Positions 11,715 to 28,832 of a stretch of DNA of 64,000 bases are shown in pieces. Both the position numbers and the translations under genes were made by a program. The notes below the pieces were generated by a model. That model had not been told where the DNA came from and ran no database searches. It saw only the letters and a list, made by a program, of their open reading frames with translations. The stretch comes from Azolla caroliniana (taxonomy: Eukaryota; Plantae; Polypodiophyta): assembly GCA_043228905.1 (NCBI GenBank), contig JBHGNT010000001.1:248001-312000 (forward strand), read 5' to 3'. Within the stretch, counting starts at the first letter, position 1; each line of letters begins with the position of its first letter.

Positions 11715-14700
11715 TCAAATAGAGATATGATTCTTCACTGTATAACCCAAAGGATCCGAGGGACTTGCTCCTGGCCTGGAAATTTTGAAACATCTCTTTT
11801 CCTCTCTCCTGTTCAACTCTTTTTTTCTTTTTTTTTTCCAGTAATAAATCAGTAGAATCTCTAATACAATAGAAGGAAACTTACAAAGTGTCATCAGCAA
11901 CAATATAATACTCTTACATCTATCATAAACAAGTGGTGCACAAAAAAAGAGCCCTTTACCTTGGAAATTCTGTTTAAATACAACACTAAAGAGTACAAAC
12001 TACTTTGTAACTAAGAATAGAACTTACAATACAACATATGCTTAGAAATGATAAGAATATGACACAACCAAAATCTAAGGGTAATACTTCAAAATGCGCA
12101 ATGTTCTGAAAATCGAGTTTTGTAACTGATTGCATGAAGTTAGTTGTCACAGGTTTTTTTCATGTAAAAAGGAATAGACTCCTTAAAGAAAACTGGTGTT
12201 ACTTTTGTTAAGCATAAATATATGGAATACTCCATATTGATTGCCATACTATGCAATTTAAATGGCCCACATAGGTGATGCATCATATATGAAGGTATTG
12301 AGGGTGGTGTCTCATTCCATATATAAATTGTAGTCCTGTGTATGCAAGGAAGACCCACGGAAGCGTTTCTTATGGGTTAAGAATTATTTCTAATTGGGAT
12401 CCTATATACCACACTATCATCCATTTTGGAGATTTATGCATCCATGGACATTAGTGGCCTCCTTAGAAAGGGTATGGTTACGATAGTTTGAGTATTCACG
12501 TAGAAGGAATGGGAAACAAATCAACAGACATTTGACAAGGAAATTTGAGCTTCATACAAATAATGTGGGAAGGAAATGCAATCGTCAAAGTGAATTCCTT
12601 GAAAAAGAACTACAAAGAAGTCAACTATGTTATTGTGCAATCTGATGGCTTTGCCTATTATTAATGAGTTGAGCTTGGATGTTACTCGCCTGAGTTTGCT
12701 CGCAAACCTTTACTTATAACATTCAATGCATCATGTGAGCATTGCAAGGTAAACAAACGTTTGCTTTGAACTTTTATAGTCTACAAGACTAGATACATAC
12801 TAAATTTGAAACAGAGTTTACTCAACGGCACATATTTTATTGTTGTGCAGTAAATTTCAAAAAAGCTTTTGAAACAGTTCCTTATAATAAACTCTGGAAA
12901 GGATGAAACAAGCAGGGGATGCATACATAGTTATTTGATGGTTGCAACAGCACTTTATATGAAAAAGTAATGTCGACTCAAAACAGCATATGGGTTTTCT
13001 ACTACATTTTCCAGCAAAATGGGAGCCAAGCAGTGATATCCACTCTCGTCTACGTTATTTGCTTTTGGTATATATCAGCTTGAAGGATTCATTAAGCTTG
13101 AAGCACTACATGAAGTAGTGTGTGGTCCAGTAATATAAGCATTTTCCTACAATATGAAGCTGATGTGACGTTGCGCATAACGCAGACACGATATAAAGAC
13201 TTGTCAATCAATCAATGCCTCTAAGCTAAGCTTGCCAGTATCACATCAAACCATTGATGGAATAAACCTGTAGATCATTCGCCACCTTGAGACAGCATGA
13301 GCTGCATATTATTGGATCTTAAACGATTGCATATATAGTCCAACAAATTGCTGGAAAGTAAGAACATGACCTTTAATTTCTGGAAGGAGTAGAGTTACAG
13401 AAAGGAAGAATCGAGGAAGAACAGGATTCTGTAATTTTAAGTGGGTCAATCAATGTGGCTAACTAAGCTTGTGTTGTGATTCATGAAAACAATAGAACCT
13501 AGTGAAACATCATGGGCCATCTTATTAATAGTGCTCATCATTTCAGCTATCTCGATATTAATATCATCAAACCATTGTATACATAGCTGTACAAATTGCT
13601 GGAAACAGTGCCCTTTAATGCATGGGCAGTAAAAACTCTACTTTATGGAGTGGAAGTATGGAGAGAAAGCATCAAATAAACAACAAGATTTCTGTGATTT
13701 TAAGTGGGTCAGTCAATGTCGCTAAGCCTGCGCTGCTCTTGTGTTGTGATTTGCGTAAACAACAGAACCTTGTGACATATCTATCTAAATTGTATAGATT
13801 GGCCTACAGATGATGCTCATAATTTGGCTATCTTGGAATTGACATCACATAAAACCATAGATGGAGTAAATGTGTTGATCATCTCTGGCCTTTAATTATG
13901 TGCCATACAAACTTGTGACATATCTATCTAATTTGTATAGATCGGCCTACAGATGATGCTCATAATTTGGCTATCTTGGAATTGACATCACATAAAACCA
14001 TGGATGGAATAAATGTGTTGATCATCTGTGGCCTTTTATTTATGTGCCATACAAACTTTACTTTAGGGAGTGGAAGTATAGAGAGGAAGCATCAATGAAA
14101 CAATAAGATTTTTGCGATTTTAAGTGGGTCAATCTATGTCAATAAGATATAAGTTTGTGTTGTGATTCATGAGCAGAAGAACCTAGTGACATGTCTATTG
14201 AAACTGCATACGTCAGCCTATTGATTGTGCCCATAATTTTGGTTATCTTGGTATCAATATCACATCAAACCATTGATGTAATAAATATGTTGATAATCTG
14301 TGGCCTTTTATCCTGGGCAGCATATTATCAATTCTTAAACAGATGCATTCATAGTCAGCAAATTGCTAGAAGATGAAAAAATGACCTTTAATATATGTAG
14401 TGTAAACGAGAATGAAAGTATGGAGATGAAGCATCAGAGAGAAGGAGATAGAACGAGGTTGAAAAATTACATAAAAGACTTCTGTGATTATCTGGGAATG
14501 ACCAATCAAGATGATTGCCCTAGAACGGGTCTATAGATATCTGACTACAGTCAAAAACATGTCAACACATTTGCAATTCAAAGCATGGCGAAGTCACTGT
14601 AAACCACACTAAACTACAAATATAATTAGAATTAAGCATCGAGAATTGAGTTGGGCTCTTAAAGGTTGCTTCAAAAAATGTACTGTTCGATTTAATACAA

Positions 14701-17700
14701 AAGAAAATGAATTACATCATAGGCGTACAGATAAAGGCATCGACAACATGCTCATTACTATTTGGCTAGCTTCAGAGAAAATATATGAGTTTGATACAAC
14801 CATGCTCACATAAATTGGAGACACTTTGACATCCACTCATTTGTTACAAGAAAACTGACATCCAATCATGTGTTAATGCACCTATGTAGCAAAGATCTAG
14901 AAAAACCATTGCTCGTATCCAGACAAGTTCACATACTCTGCACATTGCGACATGAAGATGAACATGTTTGGACACGAAAAAAAAGACTATGTGCACTATG
15001 CAACATGAATATGATGGAGACAAAGGTGCATTTTGTGCTCAGTTGTCCATAAGTAGCTACATAGGGCTAGAAATATAATAGGCTATGCCTCTGGTCTTGG
15101 GGTCATATCTAGCATAACTGCTAACAGTGTCGAGATCAGTTCATGCCTTTCAAAGGCACTTGTACATGATTTGTTTCATAGGCATATTTGCCTCTGAAAG
15201 CATATGCTTCTTCGGTTCAAATCTCACTTGGACAGAAAATTCAAAGTTCTTTCTTTAGCCCCATCACTCCTACGCATGCTACACGTCAATCAAGGGCTAC
15301 ACAAGTGGGTTTGCGAACAGGACAGTGCAAAGGGGTTAGAATAGATTAGGAAATAGAAAATTGTTGTGCACATACACCCCATCACTCCTATGCATGCTAC
15401 ACGTCAATCACGAGCTGCACAAGTGGGCTTGAGAATAGGACATTGCAAAGGGGTTAGAATGGATTAGGAAATAGAAAATTCTCGTGCACATACGCCCCGG
15501 CCTTGTAGACTACAATCTCACCACTCTTGACATCAACAATTCGAGGCCATTATGCCATTATCTCATGCCACCACAGATATTTCCCTAGCTTCGGAGATGT
15601 TTCCATTCTGGGCCAAAATATGCTACAGATCTTTCAAAGAAAAAAATTACAATCTATTTTACTTGAGAATCTTACATGCATAGATAATGAGATTCTTTAG
15701 TCATACATTTTTATTCAGTTTCACTTATTCTCATTTGTCTCGAAGACTTCACAACATTTTAAGAGTAATCTCTTGTTCAGCCTTATAGGTCATTTTGGCC
15801 ACTTAAAAGATGTTAATATTTCTTTCTTTCTTTCTCGCTCTGCAAAACCCAGAGAACATACACAATTGTACATGATCTGCCTCATAGGCCTGTTTTGGTC
15901 TTAGTAGAGATATAAAAATAACGATATTACTTTCTTTCTCAACCCACCTGTGAATAAACTCTATGGGTCCCCAAGGCTCATTATATATATTCCTTTTCAT
16001 TTTTTCCATTAAGTTTGCTTGCCAAACGTATTATTGTATAATATCCAAGACAAGTACAGCACTACAGCTTAGGTTTCCCAAGAAACAGAGTTGTCCTTAA
16101 AAGAGCTGCTTAATAAATCTGCCATATAACATTACTTTCCTTTAGAAAACACTTAAGAAAAAGGCATACCTCTTGTCAATGACACCATGATGAACCTTAA
16201 ATGTGCCCATTTTGAAATCCTCCACATACTATAGCATAATAAAAGTGAAGAACTTAGAAATTCTTCAAGCTTAACTTTGTTTTCACAACAATATTACAGG
16301 AAACCATTACCAGTTTCAAAGCCACTTGTATAGAAGAGAATGCAAGTTGATCAAATGGGATCTCATGAATATTGAATAGAGCGCATTCGAGTGTTTCAAT
16401 GCCAGGAGAAAAGTGAGGTTTCCTTAATTTTGCCCGAAAAAGAATGTAACTCTGCTCTGCATACAAATTACAATTTTTGTTAATCAATGTAGTGATAATA
16501 CAAAGCCGATTGGAGAGTCTGAATAACCAAGGGCCTTGAGCCCAAGCATCTCGCAAGTTGCAGGATGTCCAAATATAGATATAAACTTAATTATTGCTTA
16601 ATATGTCTAGTTTCACACAGAGTTTTGACTTTCATTAAACCTTAATGTCCAGTATGTTACAATGCATCAATTGTATGCTGAAAATATAATAAATAATACA
16701 TCGCAATGAATCTTAAGGTTGTGTAAGTGATGAGAAAAAGACAAGCCAATGCTATATCTACCATTAGCCATTTACATATGCATCCACGCAAATGAAGACC
16801 ACATAACATTTTGCTCTAAGAGAAATTCTTGTTCAATAGATGAAAAATATTCTGACCGTACATCAATCAATCAAGAGTATCCAATCAATTTAAAGACGGG
16901 TCTTGACCTATAGCAGACACACTTAACAGTTCTGACCTCTAACAAACACACTTATAAGTTCTCTGACAAAAGAAAAATAATAAAGCCAGCATTAAGATGT
17001 GAGCGCATAAGCCCACAGCCAGCTTTCTGAAGTGCTGATGAGTTATAACCTGACCAATCCGAGGGATATCCAATTGAGCAAATGGTGCCTCAACCTCAAC
17101 CTCAGCTTTTGCCTCCTCCCATGTCTCCCTAATTGCTCCTTCAATTGCAGATTCCCCGAGTTCCATATATCCAGCAGGAAGTGTCCTGATCAACAAGTAG
17201 TTAGCCAGTGAAAATGAAGCACAGTAAAAAATTGTCACAAAATTCTGAAAAGTGCAAATACCATAATCCATAGGATGGTTCGATGCTTCTTCTGCATAAA
17301 AGAACTTTATCTTCATGTGTCACCAAGCAACCGACCACCTGCAAACAGGATAAAGTTTTTCTTGGATCGTATATAGGACTCTATTTCTTCATTTCTCACA
17401 CAAAATTACCATTTTTGGATTTTGATAGTGTATAAGTCCACAGAAAGTGCAGACAGCTCTGTGTTTCTCCTCTCCAGCAGGTATACGTTGTTCAGTGGGA
17501 GCCCCACATGCGGGGCAGAAGCTGATTTTAGGGCCAATGACCTGAATTTGCAAGAAACATAATTAATCAGGAGACTGGTCATGGTGCCATCATCAAGCTG
17601 AACGCTAACTTTTCTAAGAGTCTTAAAATAACGGATATACATATATGAATACTACCCAATCCCCAACCGAATATGTGTGTAAAATATAATTTGTATATAG

Positions 17701-18491
17701 CTTACGTGAAACGAGCACTATCACATCTGAAAGAATCAGAGATTACCACTATGGGAGCCCCCTACAAACACCCCCTATAACCCATTCATATTTAAACCTT
17801 TATATTAGCCTACCTTCTAAACCATTTTTTAGCACACCCTATTTTTGGTCCATAGTTCATATGGGTACCTCTCCAAAAACCCAAACCAACCATCACTATG
17901 TATGTCTCCCTCCCTTTGCTGCACTTTTGTAACCTCAAGGTTCTATTTTTTTTTCGTCCCAGGGTTCAATTTTGTTTTTTGCTCTCCATGATAAGATAAC
18001 GTTTTCAAATATAACTTCTATATTTTTTCGTCCCAGGGTTCAAAATTGTTTTTTGCTCTCCAAGATAAGATAACATGTTTCAAATATAAAATCTATAGAA
18101 TATCGGGTCTCACAGGCCATTTACACCATTGTGTGTATATTTCCAATGGAATTCAACAGTATCATTTTCCTTCAATCTTTTACACCATTGTATGCATATT
18201 TTCCAAGAGATACCATTTTTTCCAATATTTTGAACTATCCTATGCACATTTTAATATATGATACAAAACGTTGAGAGTACTTACTTTGACATTTGAGTTC
18301 TTCTGCTGAGAAGCTTCAGATGAAGAGCTACAAGCAGAAGGAGAGGCATATCGCACAGATAGGCTCCGTTCAAAAAACTCTGCATTTCTTCTGAAGATTG
18401 GCGAAGAGGAGAATCGGTGCTTATTGGCAACGAAAGAAGAATGGAAGTAGAAAGACAGACGAGAGTTCCTGGCTAAAATACACGAACCCAT
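11715..18491 (-). CDS. NUDT23: Nudix hydrolase 23-like (plastid FAD pyrophosphohydrolase type), 7 exons
   Basis: Exons 18491-18285, 17541-17410, 17338-17262, 17185-17050, 16451-16311, 16228-16170 and 11775-11715 are all GT-AG and phase-consistent. The protein has a Ser/Arg-rich transit-like N-terminus, a zinc ribbon (FCPACG...[18 protein letters not shown]), a Nudix box ([26 protein letters not shown]) and a C-terminus RPGASPSD matching plant NUDX23. Confidence 0.9.
12700..15835 (+). mobile_element. Degenerate non-LTR retrotransposon in NUDT23 last intron (antisense to gene), interrupted by a tandem array
   Basis: RT remnants: [11 protein letters not shown] near 12845-12882 and [13 protein letters not shown] (IGVKQGCPLSPTLF-like) near 13019-13060. 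C-terminal Zn-finger remnant LCALCN...[11 protein letters not shown] at about 14985-15050. Family 3' end with GG(T)CATTTTGGCC and (TTTC)n at about 15760-15835. The 5' boundary is approximate. Confidence 0.75.
13240..14430. repeat. Multi-copy diverged tandem array in NUDT23 intron 6
   Basis: Recurrent blocks ATCACATCAAACCATTGATG, TTTTAAGTGGGTCAATC, GTGTTGTGATT and CAAATTGCTGGA. Includes a near-perfect duplication of about 144 bp at 13768-14056. Confidence 0.85.
17941..18090. repeat. Tandem duplication of about 75 bp in NUDT23 intron 1
   Basis: TTCTAT..TTTTTCGTCCCAGGGTTCAA..TTGTTTTTTGCTCTCCA.GATAAGATAAC..TTTCAAATATAA occurs twice. Confidence 0.85.
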
Positions 18492-18704
18492 CTCTCTCTG
18501 ATCGATCCTCTCAATTCTAAATGAACCTCGTCTGGCAAATGAATGATTCTCTTAGTCTGCTTTGATGTTCTTCAACTCACTTTACTACGGAGAATAAGTT
18601 TTCTAATGGTTCTAGTCCAAAGGATTGTGACACCATCGGTAAGGCAAAGATCATGGACCCATGCATCCCGCACTCACCGGTGTCTTCTAGTATATTTATG
18701 TGCA

Positions 18705-19090
18705 TATTGAGATTCGAACTTGATGCATCCAGCGTTCATATGAAGCAAAAAATGAAGCCTTCACACGTCACACATATTGCTTTCAAGTTCTTCATCTAGA
18801 AAGAAGATACATACTTGAAGGGGTAGCATATATTGTGTACTGCGATTCAAACTTGATGCATAGAGATTGATACGAGGGGAAAAAAAAGGAAGCCTTCACA
18901 CGTAGCATATATTGCCTTCTCTATCTAGAGAGGAACTTGATGCATATAGCTTTTATATGAGGAAAAAAAATAAGCCTTCATAGGTAGCATATATTGTCTT
19001 CTTTATTAGAGGGGAACTCGATGCATATAGCCTTAATACAAAGGAAAATAGAAGCTTTCATAAATAGCATACAATACCTTCTCTTTCTAG
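18705..19090. repeat. Four diverged tandem units of about 80-130 bp upstream of the NUDT23 start
   Basis: Unit AACTTGATGCAT..AG...ATA.GA.G.AAAAA..AAGCCTTCA.A.GT..CATAT..TTG starts at about 18717, 18850, 18934 and 19015. Confidence 0.8.
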
Positions 19091-19752
19091 AAAGGACATA
19101 CTCCAAAAGGCAATTTTGTTGGGTACTTTATTTTTTGGGATGCTTGTTTTGTGATCTCATAGTCGTAGGGGTATTCCATTTGACAACCTAGGGGTTAGTG
19201 TTAAGTATCCAAGATGTCAAGGGTATTCAAGGATTGGACTTATGAAGGTGTACCCTTTCTAGGCTAAAAACAAGGGCTTCCTTGATTTGAGTGGGAAACG
19301 CTAACAAAGCCCTAAAAACTACTAAAAGCTAATTTCACTATATGTAGGCTTGCACTTGCCACGAGTATTGCTCCGTAAAGTTAACAAAGAAAGATAGTGG
19401 AAATTTGAGTGAGTGATCTCATGTTTCAAGATAATATGTTTCTTTATCATGTGTTGCATTTCACAAAGTTTTGATGTTCTAAATGTTTATTTGGGTGCAC
19501 AAGACTAGCGAAAAATGTTGAGATTTCCAGAATGTGGTGAAAAAGAAATCGCAACAAACCATTAGATGGGCATGTGATCCAACATTGAGATGGATATAAT
19601 GTATATTGAGGAAGTTTTGAGAGGTAAGTGTTGGTCATGTTGTTCTTCGATTCCACAAGTACCCCAACAATCAAGTAAATTGGAGAACTATGAATACTTA
19701 ATGTGGACGTTTTGAGAGGTAACTAGTATGAAATTTAGGAGAACATAATTTG

Positions 19753-20295
19753 TGTTGAGCGAGCAAGCTCAACATGGGCCAGACCGGTTGGACAAGCAGG
19801 TAGGCCAGACCGGAATCAATCCGGTTGGCTACACCAACTTAGGCTAATAAGCCTAAACTCCGGACTGAGTTCCGGACCGGATGCCGAATCGGTTGAAGAA
19901 GCCAAATACCGTATCTGGATGATGGACCAGATGTCGAATCCGGACCGGATGACAGAGCGACCGTGAAAGCCGTTTGGAACATCACACATGCCAATTAGAC
20001 CTACTTTATTAAACAGGTCCAACGTAGGCAATTAGTGTCAAATGCTCTTTTAAGAGCATTGAAGTACATGTCGATACTTCTTAACGGCCCTGACATATGA
20101 GTTTGTATATATAAAGTGCACATAAGCACTATGTAAGTGATTGAGCATCTTTTTGTATATATAGTTTTTTGTTGTTTGCTCACTCAATCTCACTCTCTCT
20201 TGTACTTTGTGTTCTGTGTTAACGAACTATTCTGTTCAATTTCCAAATAACTGACTGACTGTCGGTTCATAAGCTTCTGCACTTAACTTTTTACA
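19753..20295 (+). mobile_element. Solo LTR of an LTR retrotransposon (about 543 bp)
   Basis: Starts TGTTG and ends TTACA, flanked by ATTTG (19748-19752) and ATTCG (20296-20300), a 5-bp TSD with one transition. The 5' part is GC-rich with repeated CCGGA/GACCGG motifs; TATATAAAG at about 20107 is followed by a CT-rich tract. Confidence 0.75.
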
Positions 20296-20684
20296 ATTCG
20301 GTTTTAAGGTTGTTTTTATTGGTCAAATAGCCCAATAATTAAGTAATCAATGCTAAATGGCTAATTGTAGGGTAAGAACTTGCCATATAAACTCCTTTTA
20401 ATATTCATGTCAACTCCCTAATGAGATGTTGCCAATGTTTCTCATTTGGTTTAAGTTGTTTCCCACCCAAATGCAAGATGTGGATATCAAGGCAACCTTT
20501 AAGTCGATAGTAACAGGCAAACATAGGCTTCATGAACCACCATTGACATGCTCAACAACGTGATGAAGAGGATTTTAGATATGAACCAAAACTAATAACC
20601 CAAGCCCCTTCAACATGCATGGTTTGCCCAAAGCCAATGAATAAATCAAAGTAATATATTGACGTTATTAGAGATATGTACTAA

Positions 20685-21105
20685 TGTAAGCAAAGGATAA
20701 GGATAAACGATAGATCTAGATAGAGAGGAGAGAGAGAAAGAAGGGTGTCGATCCACCCGACCACCCCCGAGTGAAGGGATCGAGACAAACTCGAGCCTCG
20801 ATCGGCGTCCCATATCACCGCCATGGCGTCGAGTCGTACCTGTTGTTGGCGTGCTTGCTACAAGAGTTGACCCACCACAAAGAATAGAGTCTCGACGTAG
20901 TCAAAAGATGATGAAATGAGGGTAGCTAGGCCTCTTTATTTATAGCGATACCCAAGGCCCCCATGCAAGTTCACACTTGGCCTAATGGGTTGTCTCAATC
21001 CCGAGGATTAAAAGTAATCCTCCCCTTCTTTACACTCTCGTTTAACCCTCACACTTATCCACGTGAATAGAATACTACGGTAAATTCTCACCACGGGATA
21101 TTATA
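20685..21105. mobile_element. Possible older LTR-like fragment
   Basis: GC-richer block with GAGAG tract and CCTCTTTATTTATAG, which resembles a reverse-oriented LTR promoter. No TSD found. Confidence 0.3.
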
Positions 21106-22393
21106 TGGTCATGCCCATGACAGACATTGTGGAATCAATGTACTCCAAGGACATCATCCATGGCTACAATGTATCGAGGGCATGCTAAACGGGAACAATG
21201 GTAACATAACAAACAATTACATGCATGATCATGAATATAAGGTGATAGTACCAATATGGTATGACTATCCTAAGAAAAAGATGACCATGATATAGGAGGG
21301 TGGTTGTTTTTTGGCTCAAGAGCAATTGTATAGCTTTGTGCCTAATATATGGACGGGTTCACATGTGCCATATATTTAAATACCTCGAGCATCATAAAAG
21401 AGCAAATTTTCAAAACCTTAAACAAGATTCATTGCATTGCAAGAAATAACACGTGTGAGAATGGGACATCTTTAGATAGGCACACATTTGTGAGTCAGTC
21501 TTTTAAACTTAGACCGCTCATCGAATATCTTTAGTGGCAAGTAGAATCTAAAGCTATGTGATATATATCCCAAATAACCCAACGAGTTGTTAGTGAACAA
21601 TATAAAGGTGTGTAGTATCCAAATTTGTCACGTTATTTTTGAATTCCTCTTGACACGTCCAACATGAGGTGATGGTTACGAGAGTATATAAGGTTCATTT
21701 TCTAGATATTTGAAGGCTCAAGAACAATCAGTGCAAGCATAAAAATATATATTATGAGAGAGCGAGGTGAAATGCGTTTCACTTATAAAGCATACAAGTA
21801 CAAGTCTGAAGCTACCCAGAACATTTATTTGGTCTTATTTTGTGGCTCTATGGTGCTTATAGGTGCTTAGAGCTCACACTATGGTACGACAACATCGATG
21901 TACATTTCCTATGCAATGCAGTTACACAATGTGTTCGTGCAAGAACTTTAGGTACAAACATACATATTTCACAATTAGGTGACACATACGCCTCAGTGAA
22001 TTAGTTCTTTTGAGTTACATGAACCCAAGTCACTTTGAGTAAGTTTGTCTCACTTATCTACGAGCTAAAAACACATGAAAGTGTGAGAGAACTAGGTCAC
22101 CCATAATACCCTCTCAAGCAAGCATATTTCTCATGGGTATGATGAACTAGAATTGCCCCCCCCCTCCCAGCAAAACATAAAAGAGGGGTCAGCCAGCCAG
22201 CCAAAACTAAGGAGGAAGACCACAAGAAGAAGTGTGAACCAAGCAAGCGACCATCTTCTTTCTTACAAACGAAGAAGCCCCCCCTCCCTTTCTCTCTCTC
22301 TTTCTCTCTCTTTACGAAATAAGAAGAAGGAACTCAAAGTCCCGTCTTTACACCGACAGCAGAGAGCAGAGCGCCTGAGACAGACCCAAAACC

Positions 22394-27375
<4,982 letters not shown>

Positions 27376-28832
27376 TGCAAAGTTTTGCATCACCTCAATG
27401 TGCTCTTAACAATGTTCCGCATCATTTAAGATTTATAACCTCAGACTAAATGTAGACCTAGGTTGAAGTAAATTGGCAAAATAGGATGTCTTGTCCTTGA
27501 TTGATGTTTACTTGAAATGATGCAGTCCATAGAGATGAACTTCAAATATTTTTAGAAGCTCATTTTCAAGCATAAACATTTAATATCCTGCTGGATTTTG
27601 GAGCTTTAGAAAAGTGGATATTTTTTTATATAAGTTGCTGATCTATTTTATTGCTCATTATTGTTGATACCCTTAATTGTGTATAGTTTGCAATGAGTGC
27701 TGATGGTGGTGTGTTTGGATCATGTGGAGCATTTCATGCCATTCATTCAATTCTTCAATATCATGATTATAATCATACATAGCACCCTGTATGCTCTGTT
27801 AAAGTGCAATATTACAAGATGAGGGAGATGTCTTTACATTTGTCTACCTGATAGTACTAGAGATATTATTAGAAAGTAGCGATCTGCCTAATGTGTGGAG
27901 CTTCATCTTCTACCACCTAGCAGAAATTGATGAAGAGTACGTTCAATTGCCTCCAAACCTGGGTTTGCGAAGAACAATAGAAGATTGATTCCTGTAATTG
28001 GAAAGGAAGGAAAAGAAACAGCAAAATTCTCTACCACGATGAATTGGGTGATGTTAGTGCATGTGCAAATGACTAATCCAGGAATTTGGCCATAGCATAT
28101 GTTCAAATGATTGCAATTACTAAGAAAGTGAAATCCAAGGTTTCTAGGGTCTTGATTCTCATGGTACTATTTTACTTTGAATCAATTGAATAAAATACAC
28201 ATGCTAACATAATAACAATATGTAGATGAAAATGAGTAAATACTAACACGATCGAGTATATAATAAGCAACACATCAATAACAACACTCACATTGGTTGG
28301 ATATGTTCCATGGATAACTTCCCAAATGTTCAAATTCCAAAAGTGAAGGAGAGTGAAATGTAAGAAGACATTGTTTAATGTGGATGACACCATTAATCTA
28401 GAAGATGAAGACAGAGAAGTTAGATGCAAACTTGAAGCAAGCAATAGATTGCGAATCTGGATGAAAATGCATGGCATAACCTTGTTGGCCAATAAAAAAG
28501 TGGTGCACATAACGGTAACTTTACGCTCAATGAGTTAGAATAAGCATACATAAGGCCAAAAAATAGTCGTAACTTTTTCTTGCTTGCAGACTTGCATTGT
28601 CTTATAACACAATCCGTCTCCATGGACCATCATCATGGCTACAAAGCGTTAAAGTGCCCCTTGAAACAGAGCTACCCGGAAGCCAACTAAGAAGAAGCGC
28701 TAGAGCACATACAACTCACTAGTAAGTAAATACATACGTAACGCGTCTATGATGTATGTATCTGGAGAGGCCAGAGTTTATGGATTCTATTCTCTCTTCA
28801 ACAGTGGAAAACTCCAAGCTCGCTGGTTCAGA

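Noticed and set aside
13240-14430. Repeat array as a possible CRISPR-like array
   Set aside because: Units are long, diverged and contiguous with no unique spacers, inside a eukaryotic intron.
27650-28620. Cys-rich decayed coding-like sequence (possible SWIM/MULE remnant); similar at 10200-11140 and 2100-3300
   Set aside because: Too fragmented to assign to a family by eye, so not listed as features.
28635-28703. Idea that three in-frame stops are repaired by U-to-C editing
   Set aside because: Every stop codon is one T>C change from Gln or Arg, so this is uninformative. Such editing is known from organelles, and this is a spliceosomal nuclear gene.
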